Positions 10,180 through 20,126 of a DNA stretch of 64,000 nucleotides are shown here, piece by piece. The notes beneath the pieces were generated by a model. That model saw nothing but the letters and a program-made list of their open reading frames with translations. It made no database searches and was not told where the DNA came from. Location: contig OZ219802.1 in the NCBI GenBank assembly GCA_964291655.2, positions 2,144,001-2,208,000 of the forward strand, given 5' to 3'. This stretch comes from Chloroflexota bacterium (lineage in GTDB: Bacteria; Chloroflexota; UBA11872; VXOZ01). Position 1 is the first letter of the stretch, and each line of letters starts with the position of its first letter. A program made the translations under genes and the position numbers.

Positions 10180-10290
10180 GAACAAGGATCGGCGAACAGG
10201 GCTCGACGCTCCGCTCGGAATGACAAGGCCTTGTAGCACTCTCTGCGGGAAAGCGAATTCTGTCAACGAATTACTCAACACTTTCAGGAG
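10180..10290. repeat. REP cluster plus one end of the TGTAAGTGTTGAGTA MITE family
   Basis: gctcggaatgacaaggccttgtagc...ttctgtcaacgaattactcaacac is nearly identical to 48010-48100. Confidence 0.7.
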
Positions 10291-10355
10291 TGACAGAATC
10301 AGTCAGCGTCTCCGGAGGCACAATCGAAAGACCCTGACGGTTTATGTGCCTCCCA

Positions 10356-10796
10356 TTACTCCGGCGTCGAGGCGGATTTCGGCTCGGTGAATACAACGCC
10401 TGCTTCTTGCACCTCTTGGTAGGGCAGCAGCCATACCAAGGACTCGTCATGCAGGTCTACCACCTGGATGCGGTTGCCCCAGGGATCGCGAAAGTCGCAG
10501 CGAATGTAGTCGTTGGACATGACGTCGAGGTTGTACTTCGTGCGCAGTTTGTCGCGAACGCTCGCGAGCTGCTCCTCATCGCGCACCATGATGCCAAAGT
10601 GGCGGGAGCGCTCCGGTTGCAGTTCATCCACTTCGAAGATCGCCAGAAACTGGTGATTCCCCAGTTGGCACCAGGCCGCTCCTTCTCCGCCGCGCAACAT
10701 CTCTAGATTGAACACATCCTCGTAAAAGGCTACTGCCTTCTCAACATCGTCTACCTCGATGCCAACGTGATTAACACCGTACACCTGGACATCCAT
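10356..10796 (-). CDS. VOC/glyoxalase-family protein
   Basis: NHVGIEVDDVEKAVAFY, HFG, FRDPWGNRIQ; start set at ATG 10796. Confidence 0.9.
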   Translation of the reverse strand: MDVQVYGVNHVGIEVDDVEKAVAFYEDVFNLEMLRGGEGAAWCQLGNHQFLAIFEVDELQPERSRHFGIMVRDEEQLASVRDKLRTKYNLDVMSNDYIRCDFRDPWGNRIQVVDLHDESLVWLLPYQEVQEAGVVFTEPKSASTPE

Positions 10797-10980
10797 ATAT
10801 GGAGCTCTCCTTGACCGTGAAACTTGCAGGAACTTCCTAATTCTCACTATATACCAGCCCGGCACGTAGAAACTTTTCTCTCATGCGAAAGCACGTTTGC
10901 GGGCGTGCTGCGGGAAGATCTCCTGCGCTGGTCCCATAGCTGAGCAAGAATGCCAGCCGCAAGAATGGAGTGAACTCACT

Positions 10981-11054
10981 CGTGCTTCGATCCTTCGACA
11001 GGCCTGTGCTGAGCTTGTCGAAGTGCTCAGGACAGGCAGGCTCGGCACGAACGG
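10981..11054. repeat. Triply nested REP-like palindrome
   Basis: cttcga[tccttcgacagg[cctgtgctgagcttgtcgaagtg]ctcaggacagg]caggctcggcacgaacgg. Confidence 0.7.
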
Positions 11055-11103
11055 TTCCGGAGTTCTTAAGTTACCTAGGGTCTGGGGGTTCTTAAGTCAC
11101 CTA

Positions 11104-12192
11104 CTAAAGGAGTGTTTCCAACTCGCTTGCCCACGACTGTACGGATTCCTGGTCGTCGCCGCGTATAGTGATGTGTCCCAGTTTGCGGCCGGGGCGCGGC
11201 TCTTTGGCGTAGAGGTGCAGATGGGAGTTGGGCACGGCGGCGACAGCGGCGGGAGCGGGAGTCTCGCCGATGAGGTTGAGCATAATGGAGTGACCCCGCG
11301 GGACGGTAGCGCCGAGGGGGAGGCCGAGCACGGCGCGCAGGTGGTTCTCGAACTGGCTGGTTTCCGCGCCTTCGATTGTCCAGTGTCCGGAGTTGTGCAC
11401 GCGGGGCGCCATCTCATTTGCGAGCAATTGGCTGCCCTGCTGAAAGAACTCGATGGCCAGCACGCCCACGTAGTCCAGCGCCTCGAGCACCCGCCTGCCG
11501 TAGTCCTCCGCTTGCGCTTGCAGCGCCGGCGGGGTGGCCGGAGCGGGCGCGATGGAGCGACGCAAGATGCCTTTGTAATGGTAGTTCTCAATTAAAGGAT
11601 AGAAGGCCGTAGCCCCGTCTCGTCCGCGTACGGAGAGCAACGAGACCTCCCGGTCGAACGGCACGAACGCCTCAAGGATGAGGGGCGTCCCTTGGAGGGT
11701 GTCCCAGGCCCCCTGGGCGTCGGCCGCCTGGCGGACGATACGCTGGCCTTTGCCGTCGTAGCCCAGCCGCCGAGTCTTGAGCACGGCGAGAGTCCCCAGC
11801 TTGGTTAAGGCGTCATCAAGAGATTCTCGAGATTCAACCACAAAGAAAGCAGGCGTTGGGATGTCGAGTTCTCGGAAGAAGGTCTTTTCAGTCAGGCGGT
11901 CCTGCGAGGCTTCCAGGGCTGCGGGCGGCGGGTAGACCGGCACGTGGTCTGCGAGGAAGCGCGCTGCGTCCACCGGCACGTTCTCGAATTCATAGGTGAC
12001 GAACTCAAGGCCGGATGCAAAGCGCGCGAGCGCCTCTCGATCGTCGAAACTCGCCCCGACCACGAGTTCCGCCAGTTCTCCGGCCGGCGCATCGGCGTAC
12101 GTGTCGAGCACGCGGAAGCGCACACCCAGCGGATATCCCGCCAGGGCCAACATGCGGCCGAGCTGGCCGCCTCCCAGAATGCCGACGGTCAT
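11104..12192 (-). CDS. purK: 5-(carboxyamino)imidazole ribonucleotide synthase
   Basis: [42 protein letters not shown]; overlaps purE by 4 nt. Confidence 0.97.
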   Translation of the reverse strand: MTVGILGGGQLGRMLALAGYPLGVRFRVLDTYADAPAGELAELVVGASFDDREALARFASGLEFVTYEFENVPVDAARFLADHVPVYPPPAALEASQDRLTEKTFFRELDIPTPAFFVVESRESLDDALTKLGTLAVLKTRRLGYDGKGQRIVRQAADAQGAWDTLQGTPLILEAFVPFDREVSLLSVRGRDGATAFYPLIENYHYKGILRRSIAPAPATPPALQAQAEDYGRRVLEALDYVGVLAIEFFQQGSQLLANEMAPRVHNSGHWTIEGAETSQFENHLRAVLGLPLGATVPRGHSIMLNLIGETPAPAAVAAVPNSHLHLYAKEPRPGRKLGHITIRGDDQESVQSWASELETLL

Positions 12193-12704
12193 GCTGACTC
12201 TCGCGGATCGGGGTGAGCGAGCACGCCACCGGTCTGTTGCTCGCGAAATTTCTCATAAGACGAACGAAATTGCGGGTACTTGATTCCAAGTATTGCGGTA
12301 GCAAGCAGCGCGGCGTTCACCGCGCCGGCGCGTCCGATGGCCAATGTACCAACGGGCACGCCCGCGGGCATCTGCGCGATGGAGAGGAGCGAGTCCATGC
12401 CGTTGAGCGACCGCGATTGCACGGGCACGCCGAGCACGGGCAGGCTGGTCTTGGCCGCGGTCATGCCGGGCAGGTGCGCCGCGCCTCCGGCTCCCGCAAT
12501 TATCACCTCAATGCCGCGCTCCGCCGCCGTCTCGGCATAGGCAAACATCCGGTCGGGAGTCCGATGGGCGGAGACGACGCGTACCTCGTGCGGCACACCC
12601 AGTTCTTCCAGGGTCTCCGCCGCGTGGCGCATCGTCTCCCAGTCCGACTTGGATCCCATGATGATGCCGACCAGCGGCTGGGTAGGTTGTGCTTGGTTAT
12701 CCAC
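12189..12704 (-). CDS. purE: N5-CAIR mutase
   Basis: [36 protein letters not shown]. Confidence 0.97.
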   Translation of the reverse strand: MDNQAQPTQPLVGIIMGSKSDWETMRHAAETLEELGVPHEVRVVSAHRTPDRMFAYAETAAERGIEVIIAGAGGAAHLPGMTAAKTSLPVLGVPVQSRSLNGMDSLLSIAQMPAGVPVGTLAIGRAGAVNAALLATAILGIKYPQFRSSYEKFREQQTGGVLAHPDPRESA

Positions 12705-13188
12705 TTCTTTCCCTCACTAGATCGTTGGACTGCCTGCGGGTGCGCAGCACCATCTGTCCTCGCTCGATTGCCCAGCGGTTCCCGGCTAGTTTGATCGATC
12801 AGTACAAACTCGTAAACCATGACGAGAAATTGTTCCAGACAGGAACGCAATCTTCATCTTGTCCATCTCTGTCAAGGATCAAGAGTGCACACGTTCGCTA
12901 TCACAACTCCATATTGTAGCGAAATCTCGCTAAGTTATTCTCTTACGAGCCCGCAAGTGGCTCAATGAGAACGCTGCAGCTTGAAGTGACCGGTCGGTAC
13001 TCCGGTGCGGGGAGCCTCGAATCCCGCCCAGCACTTGGCGTGGGTCTGCCAAGCGTGTAAAGTAGGTAGTTGGCGCGCTTTTTGGAATATGGATTTGCAA
13101 TACATACAGCGTGCCTTTCTTTAACGGAAGCAAACGGTGAGCAACAAGCGGTAGGTCGCGCAAGGCGACTCAGGAGTTTAGTGGGCGC

Positions 13189-13848
13189 ATGGCCAGAAAA
13201 CATGAGCAGTTACACGCAGATAGGCGAGAAACCTTCGGCAAGAAAGTGAAGCGGCTCCGCCGCGACGGAATGGTGCCGGGAAACGTATACGGTCTCTCCT
13301 TGGATTCAATTCCCCTAACGCTGGACGGCCTCGAATTCATCGCTGTCCATCAACGCGTGGGAGCCACCGGCGTCATTGACTTGGCGGTGAACGGCGGGGA
13401 TACGGTGCCGGTGCTGGTGCAAGAGGTTCAGCACGATCCGCCGACCAGTCGCGTGCTGCACGTGAGTTTCGTGCAGGTTGACTTGACGAAGCCCGTAAGC
13501 GCGTTGGTGCCGGTCTATCTCACTGGTGAAGCGCCGGCTGTGGAGCTCGGCGCCATCGTCATCCAGCACATCAATGAGGTGTCGGTTTCTGCCTTGCCGG
13601 ATGATATACCCGAGAACTTCGAAGTCGACGTCAGTATGCTCGCCGATATCGACTATTCGCAGCTCGTCAGCGACCTCAAGGCACCGGATGGTGTCACGAT
13701 AGAAGCCGACCCCGATGATCTCGTGGTGCGCGCGGAACGGCCGCGCGTGGTTGAGGAAGAGACGCCGGAAGAGGACGAAGAGCTGGAGGGCGAAGAGGGC
13801 GCCGAAGAAGGCGAAGAAGGCGCCGAGGGAGAAGAGAGCGAAGAGTAA
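13189..13848 (+). CDS. rplY: 50S ribosomal protein L25/general stress protein Ctc
   Basis: FGKKVKRLRRDGMVPGNVYG, QHDP..HVSF, C-terminal domain and acidic tail. Confidence 0.95.
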   Translation: MARKHEQLHADRRETFGKKVKRLRRDGMVPGNVYGLSLDSIPLTLDGLEFIAVHQRVGATGVIDLAVNGGDTVPVLVQEVQHDPPTSRVLHVSFVQVDLTKPVSALVPVYLTGEAPAVELGAIVIQHINEVSVSALPDDIPENFEVDVSMLADIDYSQLVSDLKAPDGVTIEADPDDLVVRAERPRVVEEETPEEDEELEGEEGAEEGEEGAEGEESEE

Positions 13849-14786
13849 GATCTTCGCGCCGGCTGGTCGAGCTGCGTAGTGGCAGTGCCCTCAACTGCGT
13901 TCAGTTCCTTCCGCGCAACCAGACTCAAGGCACCGTAATTGGATGCGTGCTTTTTGGCTGGGCCGGTTGGATTCATCTAAACCCACGTACCCAGCACCGG
14001 GCAGGTTCCGGTCTCCTCCCCCAAGATGAGACCCTTGTATGTCGCTCGATGTGGCGAGTAATTCCCGCTAACATTGGAGACTCCCACTCTGGGCTATTGC
14101 GTATGCCCTGGGTATCTCTGCCAATTGACTGAATTCAAGCGGGATCCGCGCCTACTCCCCTTCACCCCCGTATCGTGTCGATACGCTGTATCGAGTATGT
14201 GGCAGGCTCTAACCCTCTCCCGCCGGAGACCATTGCGAAACCAATGCGGAAGAGAGAGCACTCCCTCTCCCTCGATGGGAGAGGGAGTGCCCCTGCCTGA
14301 AAGTGGGGTTATGCGAATTCCTCCCAGCTAGAAAAGAAACTTCCCGCCTCCGGCCGAAGCTTTGCACAGGTCTCCCACGTAGAGCGAATCTCTTGCACTT
14401 CCGGCCAATGTTCTACAAGGTACTCTTTTCCCTGCGATAGGCAATCGCACGCCTTCGGCGCGGAGCCTAGAAGAGTCTTCATCTTCAACTGTCTCCCGTT
14501 TAGAGTCGAGAATTGACCTTTCGCCGCCCGGCCTCCACCCTGAGCGCAGTGACGAGCGACCGCGCTGCGGTGCGTCCGATTGCGGCCGGCACGACACACC
14601 GCCAACGCCGGTCTTGTCCCTGCACTAGTGCGAGACCCTAGGCGCGGCGCCAATCAAATGCACGGAATGACCTCAATGCAAATCATCTGGCGCCGGAGCA
14701 AGGCAGATCGGAACTTTCTTGGTGTACGGTATAATGTAGGAAAAGCTAACTAAAGCCGCTCAGCGTGCGACATAGGAGCCCTGCCC

Positions 14787-15689
14787 GTGTCGAGTGCCTT
14801 GAAAGTAGACGGTGTCAAGAAAGTCTTCGGCCGCACCACGGTGGTCGATGGCGTCTCCTTTACGGTGGAGCCGCAGGAGATTCTGGGTCTGGTGGGGCCC
14901 AACGGGGCCGGTAAGACCACCACCATCCGCATGGCGCTAGACATCATCCATCCGGATTCCGGTTCGGTTGCACTGTTTGGCAGTGCGCCGACGCGGCAGG
15001 CTTTGCAGCGGATCGGCTACCTGCCCGAGGAACGCGGACTGTATCAGAAGGCGGTCCTCAGCGACGTGCTGCGCTACCTGGGGCGCCTCAAGGGTTTGAG
15101 CGCCAAGGAAGCGCAAGCACGGACCGATGCCATGCTGGATCGCGTCGGCCTCTACGAACACCGTGCCAAGAAGGTGCAGGCGCTCTCACGCGGCATGAAC
15201 CAGCTTGCCCAGTTTGCCAGCGCGCTGCTGCACCGGCCCGATCTTGTCATCCTCGACGAGCCGTTCTCCGGGCTCGACCCTCTCAATGTGCAAGTGATGA
15301 AAGAGATTATCACCGAGCAACAGCAGCGCGGCGCTGCCATCATCTTCAGCTCCCACAATATGGAAGACGTGGAAGAGATGTGCGAGCGTGTTGTGCTCGT
15401 CAGTGGCGGTAATGTGTTACTCTACGGCGCGCTTGACGAATTGAAGCGGGCGCGCGGCATACAGAACATTCGCGTAGCCGCCCCGCAACAACCACCGGAC
15501 GTGCCCGGAGTTGTCCACGCCAAGGTCGAGGACGGGCAGTTCGAGTACCTCTTGACCGAGGGGTCGGACCCCAACGCCGTGCTCCGTTCCTTCCTGGATG
15601 CCGGCATTCCGGTGGAACGGTTTGAAGTCGCCTTGCCCTCCCTGCGCGACATGTTCATCGAAGAGGTGAGTAGTGCCCGCAGCGCTTGA
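14787..15689 (+). CDS. ABC-2 exporter ATP-binding protein (NatA/YhaQ-like)
   Basis: GPNGAGKTT, GYLPEERGLY, LSRGM, ILDEPFSGLDP, SSH; TATAAT at 14730-14735 upstream. Confidence 0.95.
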   Translation: MSSALKVDGVKKVFGRTTVVDGVSFTVEPQEILGLVGPNGAGKTTTIRMALDIIHPDSGSVALFGSAPTRQALQRIGYLPEERGLYQKAVLSDVLRYLGRLKGLSAKEAQARTDAMLDRVGLYEHRAKKVQALSRGMNQLAQFASALLHRPDLVILDEPFSGLDPLNVQVMKEIITEQQQRGAAIIFSSHNMEDVEEMCERVVLVSGGNVLLYGALDELKRARGIQNIRVAAPQQPPDVPGVVHAKVEDGQFEYLLTEGSDPNAVLRSFLDAGIPVERFEVALPSLRDMFIEEVSSARSA

Positions 15690-16950
15690 CGGCACCCGCA
15701 TCGTGTTTGCGCACGAGTTTCGCAAGCAGATCGGCGGCAAGGGGTTTCTCATTGCAACGCTGGCAATACCGGTTTTGCTCGTCCTCATCTGGATCGCGAT
15801 ACCGGTGGTCAGAGGCATCGTGGCAGACGATAGTGCCGATTCCAGTGCCGGAAACGCCGCCAGCTCTCCCGCGAGTGAGTCAGACCAAAGTGGCGCCGAC
15901 ACACCCGTCGGCATCGTTCTGCAGGCGACAGACCTCGCTGTAGACTTCAGCCAATTCCCGGAATTTCGAGAATACGCCGAGACAGCGGCAGGATTGGACG
16001 ACTTAAAGACCGGGGAAATCAACGAACTCTTCGTTATCCTGCCGGACTACACCGCCACCGGAGATGTTGAATACTATTACAGCGATGATGAGACCGCGAG
16101 CCGGGGTCAACTGCGCCTCATTCTGACCGACGCACTCTTGGGAGAGACCGAGTCTCCCGCGCATAGGCAACGGGCGCTGGCGCGTCCGCAATTCCAGCGC
16201 TTCACGGTAGCGGCAGATGGCGCGTTGAATGAGGATAGGGGCGCGGCGGTTGCGGTTTCCTTCATAGTAGGGCAGGGTTTCGCCATCGCGCTGATCTTCA
16301 CCCTGATTGCCTACGGCACAATCTTGCTCCAAACCGTTACCGAAGAGAAAGAGAACCGCATGGTGGAGGTCTTGCTCACCTCCGCCTCACCGCTGGCAAT
16401 CATGACGGGCAAAGTGCTGGCGCTGGGTCTGGCCGGCCTGATACAGATGTCGGTATGGGTGGCAGCGGTCATTTTGATCGTGCCCCGCTTCGCGGGAGTA
16501 CTGCCGGATCTTGCCGGCATACCTATCGACATTGGCTTCTTGCTCCTCGTGCTGGCGTTCTTTCTCGCCGGTTACGCTATCGCGGCCGCGCTCATGGCGG
16601 GGATTGGCGCTGCCACTACCTCGACATCGGAAGCAGGACCGCTCACCGCTTTGGTCATCATTCCCCTTGCTGTGCCATTCTATGCCATGCCGCTCTTTCT
16701 GACTTCCGCAGACCACTGGTTGCCGCGCTTCCTCTCGTTCCTGCCGATCACGGCGGCGACGTCGATGATGCTGCGCCTTGCGTCCAGCCACGTGGCGCCA
16801 GCCGAGGTTGCGATTAGTCTGGTATTGATGATTGTGTCGGCGGCACTCTTGCTCTGGCTGGCAAGCCGCATCTTTCGCGCGGGACTATTGTTGTACGGCC
16901 AACGGATGAGCCTGCGTGCGGCATGGGCGGCGCTGCGGTATGGCGGTTGA
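15673..16950 (+). CDS. ABC-2 exporter permease (NatB/YhaP-like)
   Basis: EEKENRMVEVLLTS..P...GKV motif, TM helices, RIFRAGLLLYG. Confidence 0.92.
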   Translation: MPAALDGTRIVFAHEFRKQIGGKGFLIATLAIPVLLVLIWIAIPVVRGIVADDSADSSAGNAASSPASESDQSGADTPVGIVLQATDLAVDFSQFPEFREYAETAAGLDDLKTGEINELFVILPDYTATGDVEYYYSDDETASRGQLRLILTDALLGETESPAHRQRALARPQFQRFTVAADGALNEDRGAAVAVSFIVGQGFAIALIFTLIAYGTILLQTVTEEKENRMVEVLLTSASPLAIMTGKVLALGLAGLIQMSVWVAAVILIVPRFAGVLPDLAGIPIDIGFLLLVLAFFLAGYAIAAALMAGIGAATTSTSEAGPLTALVIIPLAVPFYAMPLFLTSADHWLPRFLSFLPITAATSMMLRLASSHVAPAEVAISLVLMIVSAALLLWLASRIFRAGLLLYGQRMSLRAAWAALRYGG

Positions 16951-17043
16951 GAGACTGGTCCCCCAATGGCACATTGAAAAACAAAACCGGTACAATACGA
17001 ATCGGTGGGAAATGAGCTCGCGTGAAGCGAGGGAGCAGTACTA

Positions 17044-17277
17044 ATGGCGGTGTTCGATACGCACAAGGCGTTTACGTCGCTGGTTGAGGCAGGATTCACG
17101 GAGCGTCAAGCTCAAGCCCTGCTGGACGTGGGGCGCGAGGGATTCGGGGCGTTAGTAACCAAGGACCATTTGGATGCGCGCCTGCGGGAATTAGAGTTGC
17201 GACTTACGCTGCGCCTCGGGGCTATGGTCGCGGCCGGTGTGGCGATTCTCGCTGCGCTCGAGCTGCTGTCGCGTTGA
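17044..17277 (+). CDS. DUF1640/CCDC90-like small coiled-coil membrane-anchored protein
   Basis: FDTHKAF..L.EAGFTERQAQAL, LVTK.HL, ELRLTLRLGAM plus a C-terminal TM helix; GAGGGAG SD. Confidence 0.8.
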   Translation: MAVFDTHKAFTSLVEAGFTERQAQALLDVGREGFGALVTKDHLDARLRELELRLTLRLGAMVAAGVAILAALELLSR

Positions 17278-17458
17278 AGTTCATTCGCGCTTGTCCTTAT
17301 GCAGAGCGCACCATTTACCATTACTGGAGTTTTAGGGAGAATGCCGAGGAGTTCCTCTCGGATCGTCTTCCTAATCTACGCCACACCATTTGGAGCGAAG
17401 AGTCTCGTTTCACCGGTCGGCCACTGCTTAATCACATGATTGGCGAATAGATAAGCAC

Positions 17459-18718
17459 GTGCAAAGACTCTGGTCCGAAATAGGCATCGTCCTGTCGGAA
17501 GAGGTGCGACGCGGTATTCGCCGCAAGCAGTACCTCATCATCACGTTTACGCCGGTGGTAATTGTGCTTGTGCTGGCGCTTGCGGCGCCGCTGGTGCGCG
17601 GTTTCTTTGGGAGTGACAGTGAGAGCGCCGACCGCGCCGGCAACGGACGCGTCGTTGCCGTCGTCAACCGTTCCCCAGACCTCACGTTCGCGAATTTGGA
17701 GTCCTCGGCAGTTTTAGCATTTGCCGACCGCCAAGCCGGTATTGACGCCTTGCAGGCGGGAGACGTGGACGACCTCTTCATAGTTCCTGAGGAATTCATC
17801 CAAACCGGCCGCATTGAGTGGCTGCACACGGATAAGGGCATTAGCAGCATCATCGCGGGTGATGACAGTGAAGACCGCATGCGCGATCTTGTACTTCAAG
17901 CCCTCACGTTTGCGGATCTTTCCGCAGAACAAATCGGGCGCCTGCGCAATCCCCTGGACCTCACACGTTACGAGGTGACACGCGATGGTGACGTGGCCGC
18001 GGCAGAGGAAGGGCAGATACTCACGTTTTTCACTGTGCCTTTCTTGTCGGCGTGGATCATGATCATGGTCATCTTCATGGTAAGCGGCACATTGTTGCAA
18101 AGTGTCTCCGAAGAGAAAGAGAATCGTGTCGTCGAAGTGCTTATCACGTCGGTTTCGCCTCTAGCGTTGATGTCCGGTAAGGTGCTCGGCCTCGGTGCGA
18201 CTGGCCTCCTGCAGGTAGGCATCTGGCTGGTCTCATTGGCGGTGCTGGGCCCGCGCATCGTGGGTGCTTTTCCGGAGATCGGCGACCTGGCCCTGGCGCC
18301 GGCGCTGGCAGTGGCAATCGTTGTTTTCTTTCTCGCCGGGTATTTCGTCTTTGCCGTAGTCATGACGGCAATCAGCGCTGCCACGGTCTCGGCGCGTGAG
18401 GCGTCCTCACTATCCACTATCATCCTCCTGCCTGCGTTGACACCGCTTGTCCTTGCCACACTTATTTCACTCGCTCCCAACGGCGCATTCGCACGGATAC
18501 TCACCTTCATCCCCTTCACTGCTCCCGCCACCATGATGATTAGGCTCGGCGTGACCGACGTTGCGCTCTGGGAGGTCGCGCTCAGTCTGGGTGTGACCGT
18601 TGCGAGCGGCCTCGCGCTCCTCTGGCTTTCGGCGCGGGTATTCCGAGCCGGCATCCTCATCTACGGGCAGCGGATGACTCTGCGACGGCTCTGGCTGGCG
18701 TTGCGCTACGCCAACTAG
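17459..18718 (+). CDS. Second ABC-2 exporter permease (paralog of 15673-16950)
   Basis: EEKENRVVEVLITSVSP...GKVLG, RVFRAGILIYGQR. Confidence 0.92.
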   Translation: MQRLWSEIGIVLSEEVRRGIRRKQYLIITFTPVVIVLVLALAAPLVRGFFGSDSESADRAGNGRVVAVVNRSPDLTFANLESSAVLAFADRQAGIDALQAGDVDDLFIVPEEFIQTGRIEWLHTDKGISSIIAGDDSEDRMRDLVLQALTFADLSAEQIGRLRNPLDLTRYEVTRDGDVAAAEEGQILTFFTVPFLSAWIMIMVIFMVSGTLLQSVSEEKENRVVEVLITSVSPLALMSGKVLGLGATGLLQVGIWLVSLAVLGPRIVGAFPEIGDLALAPALAVAIVVFFLAGYFVFAVVMTAISAATVSAREASSLSTIILLPALTPLVLATLISLAPNGAFARILTFIPFTAPATMMIRLGVTDVALWEVALSLGVTVASGLALLWLSARVFRAGILIYGQRMTLRRLWLALRYAN

Positions 18719-19238
18719 AAGAGTCTTGAATAGACTCGCGAAACCGCATCTAGTTCCGGCGTGAGAGTGAATCACCTTAGTTCAGCTACCCTTTGCCGAT
18801 TCGCCACAGCTTTACGTAGAGCCTCAAGGGATTTGGGACCGGGCAGACAAGAGAACCCTCGCGCCAGCCCTCGCCCAGGGAAAGAGAGCAGCTTGGCAAT
18901 TCCGGCCGGGGTCATCCTGAGCTCTTCTCCCAGGGCAATGCAAAGCATGCCCCCACAGTGAGCGAAGCTGCAACTCAACCTGAGGATTCGCCCAGGCATC
19001 CGGTAGCTGGCGCCGTGAGACCCGGGAAACCACTGTTGCTCCGTGGCGAGGAGGCAGCTTTATAGCTCGGGTTGGCAGGGCTGTGTCAATGTCTCGTGAG
19101 CCGCACCCGCAACAGCGCAACAAGGAGTGCTTTGGGAGCGTGGGCGGGGCTGCGATTGTAACGATTTGCCCTTGCTGCTGTCGAGAGTTCTGTGTGAACG
19201 GACAGGATATGCGCACACAGCGGGCTTCCATTGGGAGT

Positions 19239-19268
19239 TTGACACTTGGAGCGATAGTGTGGTTTACT
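19239..19268 (+). promoter_or_regulatory. Promoter-like repeat unit 1 (TTGACA-18 nt-TTTACT)
   Basis: ttgacacttggagcgatagtgtggtttact, homologous to the units at 19711 and 20097; no credible ORF downstream. Confidence 0.5.
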
Positions 19269-19459
19269 TGGTGCCGTAGCTGAAGACTGGAACCTCGCCG
19301 GTACGAAATGTGCTGCGACGAGGCAGTGGACGGCTCAATGAAATGAATGGGAGACAAGAGTGCGAGCGACCATCCTTGGTCGCCGTGGGAAAGTGGTTTA
19401 GGACTCCAGTTTGAGCGCAGTAGCGGTCGTAACGCTGCGTGTACGCCCTTTCACTGGAG

Positions 19460-19543
19460 GACGTCGGCACAGTGCCGCAAGATGTCGGCAAGGTGCCGAA
19501 AAACACCGGCAGGATGCCGTAAGATGCCGGCAGGACGCTAGAA
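19460..19543. repeat. Tandem array of 4 x 21-bp palindromic units
   Basis: gacgtcggcacagtgccgcaa / gatgtcggcaaggtgccgaaa / aacaccggcaggatgccgtaa / gatgccggcaggacgctagaa; core CGGCA-N3-TGCCG, degenerate in unit 4. Confidence 0.85.
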
Positions 19544-19710
19544 TACTGTTTCACGTTGGGCAGGCGGCGGCAGCCCAATTGCGGTCGGCGCGGCCAGGGG
19601 GCGAGCAACCTTCGCAGGCCGATTTGCTCGCATGAAAGTGCGTCTGAGAGACTGCGTTTTGGCTTGGCACAAGCGACGAATAACGCGTGCATGAAGAGTG
19701 CTGCGAGCGG

Positions 19711-19740
19711 TTGACACGTGAAACGGGACTGTGGTTAACT
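19711..19740 (+). promoter_or_regulatory. Promoter-like/parS-like repeat unit 2 (TTGACA-18 nt-TTAACT)
   Basis: gagcggTTGACAcgtgaaacgggactgtggTTAACT; contains CACGTGAAAC, the right arm of the parS consensus. Confidence 0.55.
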
Positions 19741-20096
19741 TGGAACCGAAAATTGGAGGCTGAGCTCCTGGGTCGGGTCGGCGTCGCAGGGTGGTACCTT
19801 GAGTTTGCGGACGAAGGCTGGTGAAACCTAAGGAGACGTTAGGGTAAGCGTACGGGGATAGTGCCCTAGTGGCTGCGGAGAGTTTGGGCAGTAAACATAC
19901 TGGGTGTCGCACTGGGTGGATTTGATCGCATTTCCTGCCGGCAGCGACACAGCAAGGCGCGGATTTGCGTGCATGTGCTCCGTCAGAACTAGCGCAGCGT
20001 TTCGTACGATATCCTCACAAAACTGCACCTTTGATACACATTGCCACCGCACGTAGACATGGGCAGAGCGGGCTCCAACCGGCGCACTAAGAGCGG

Positions 20097-20126
20097 TTGA
20101 CACGTGAAGCGACGGTATGGTTAACT
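20097..20126 (+). promoter_or_regulatory. Promoter-like/parS-like repeat unit 3 (TTGACA-18 nt-TTAACT)
   Basis: gagcggTTGACAcgtgaagcgacggtatggTTAACT; the first 18 nt are identical to unit 2. Confidence 0.55.

Noticed and set aside
12990-13035. tRNA-like tcgaatccc upstream of rplY
   Set aside because: No cloverleaf, D-arm or acceptor stem can be built.
19059-19089. Minus-strand promoter TTGACA-19 nt-TATAAA
   Set aside because: Suboptimal spacing and no evident gene to drive; too weak to call.
19460-19543. CRISPR array
   Set aside because: Units abut with no unique spacers, are only 21 bp, and there are no cas genes.
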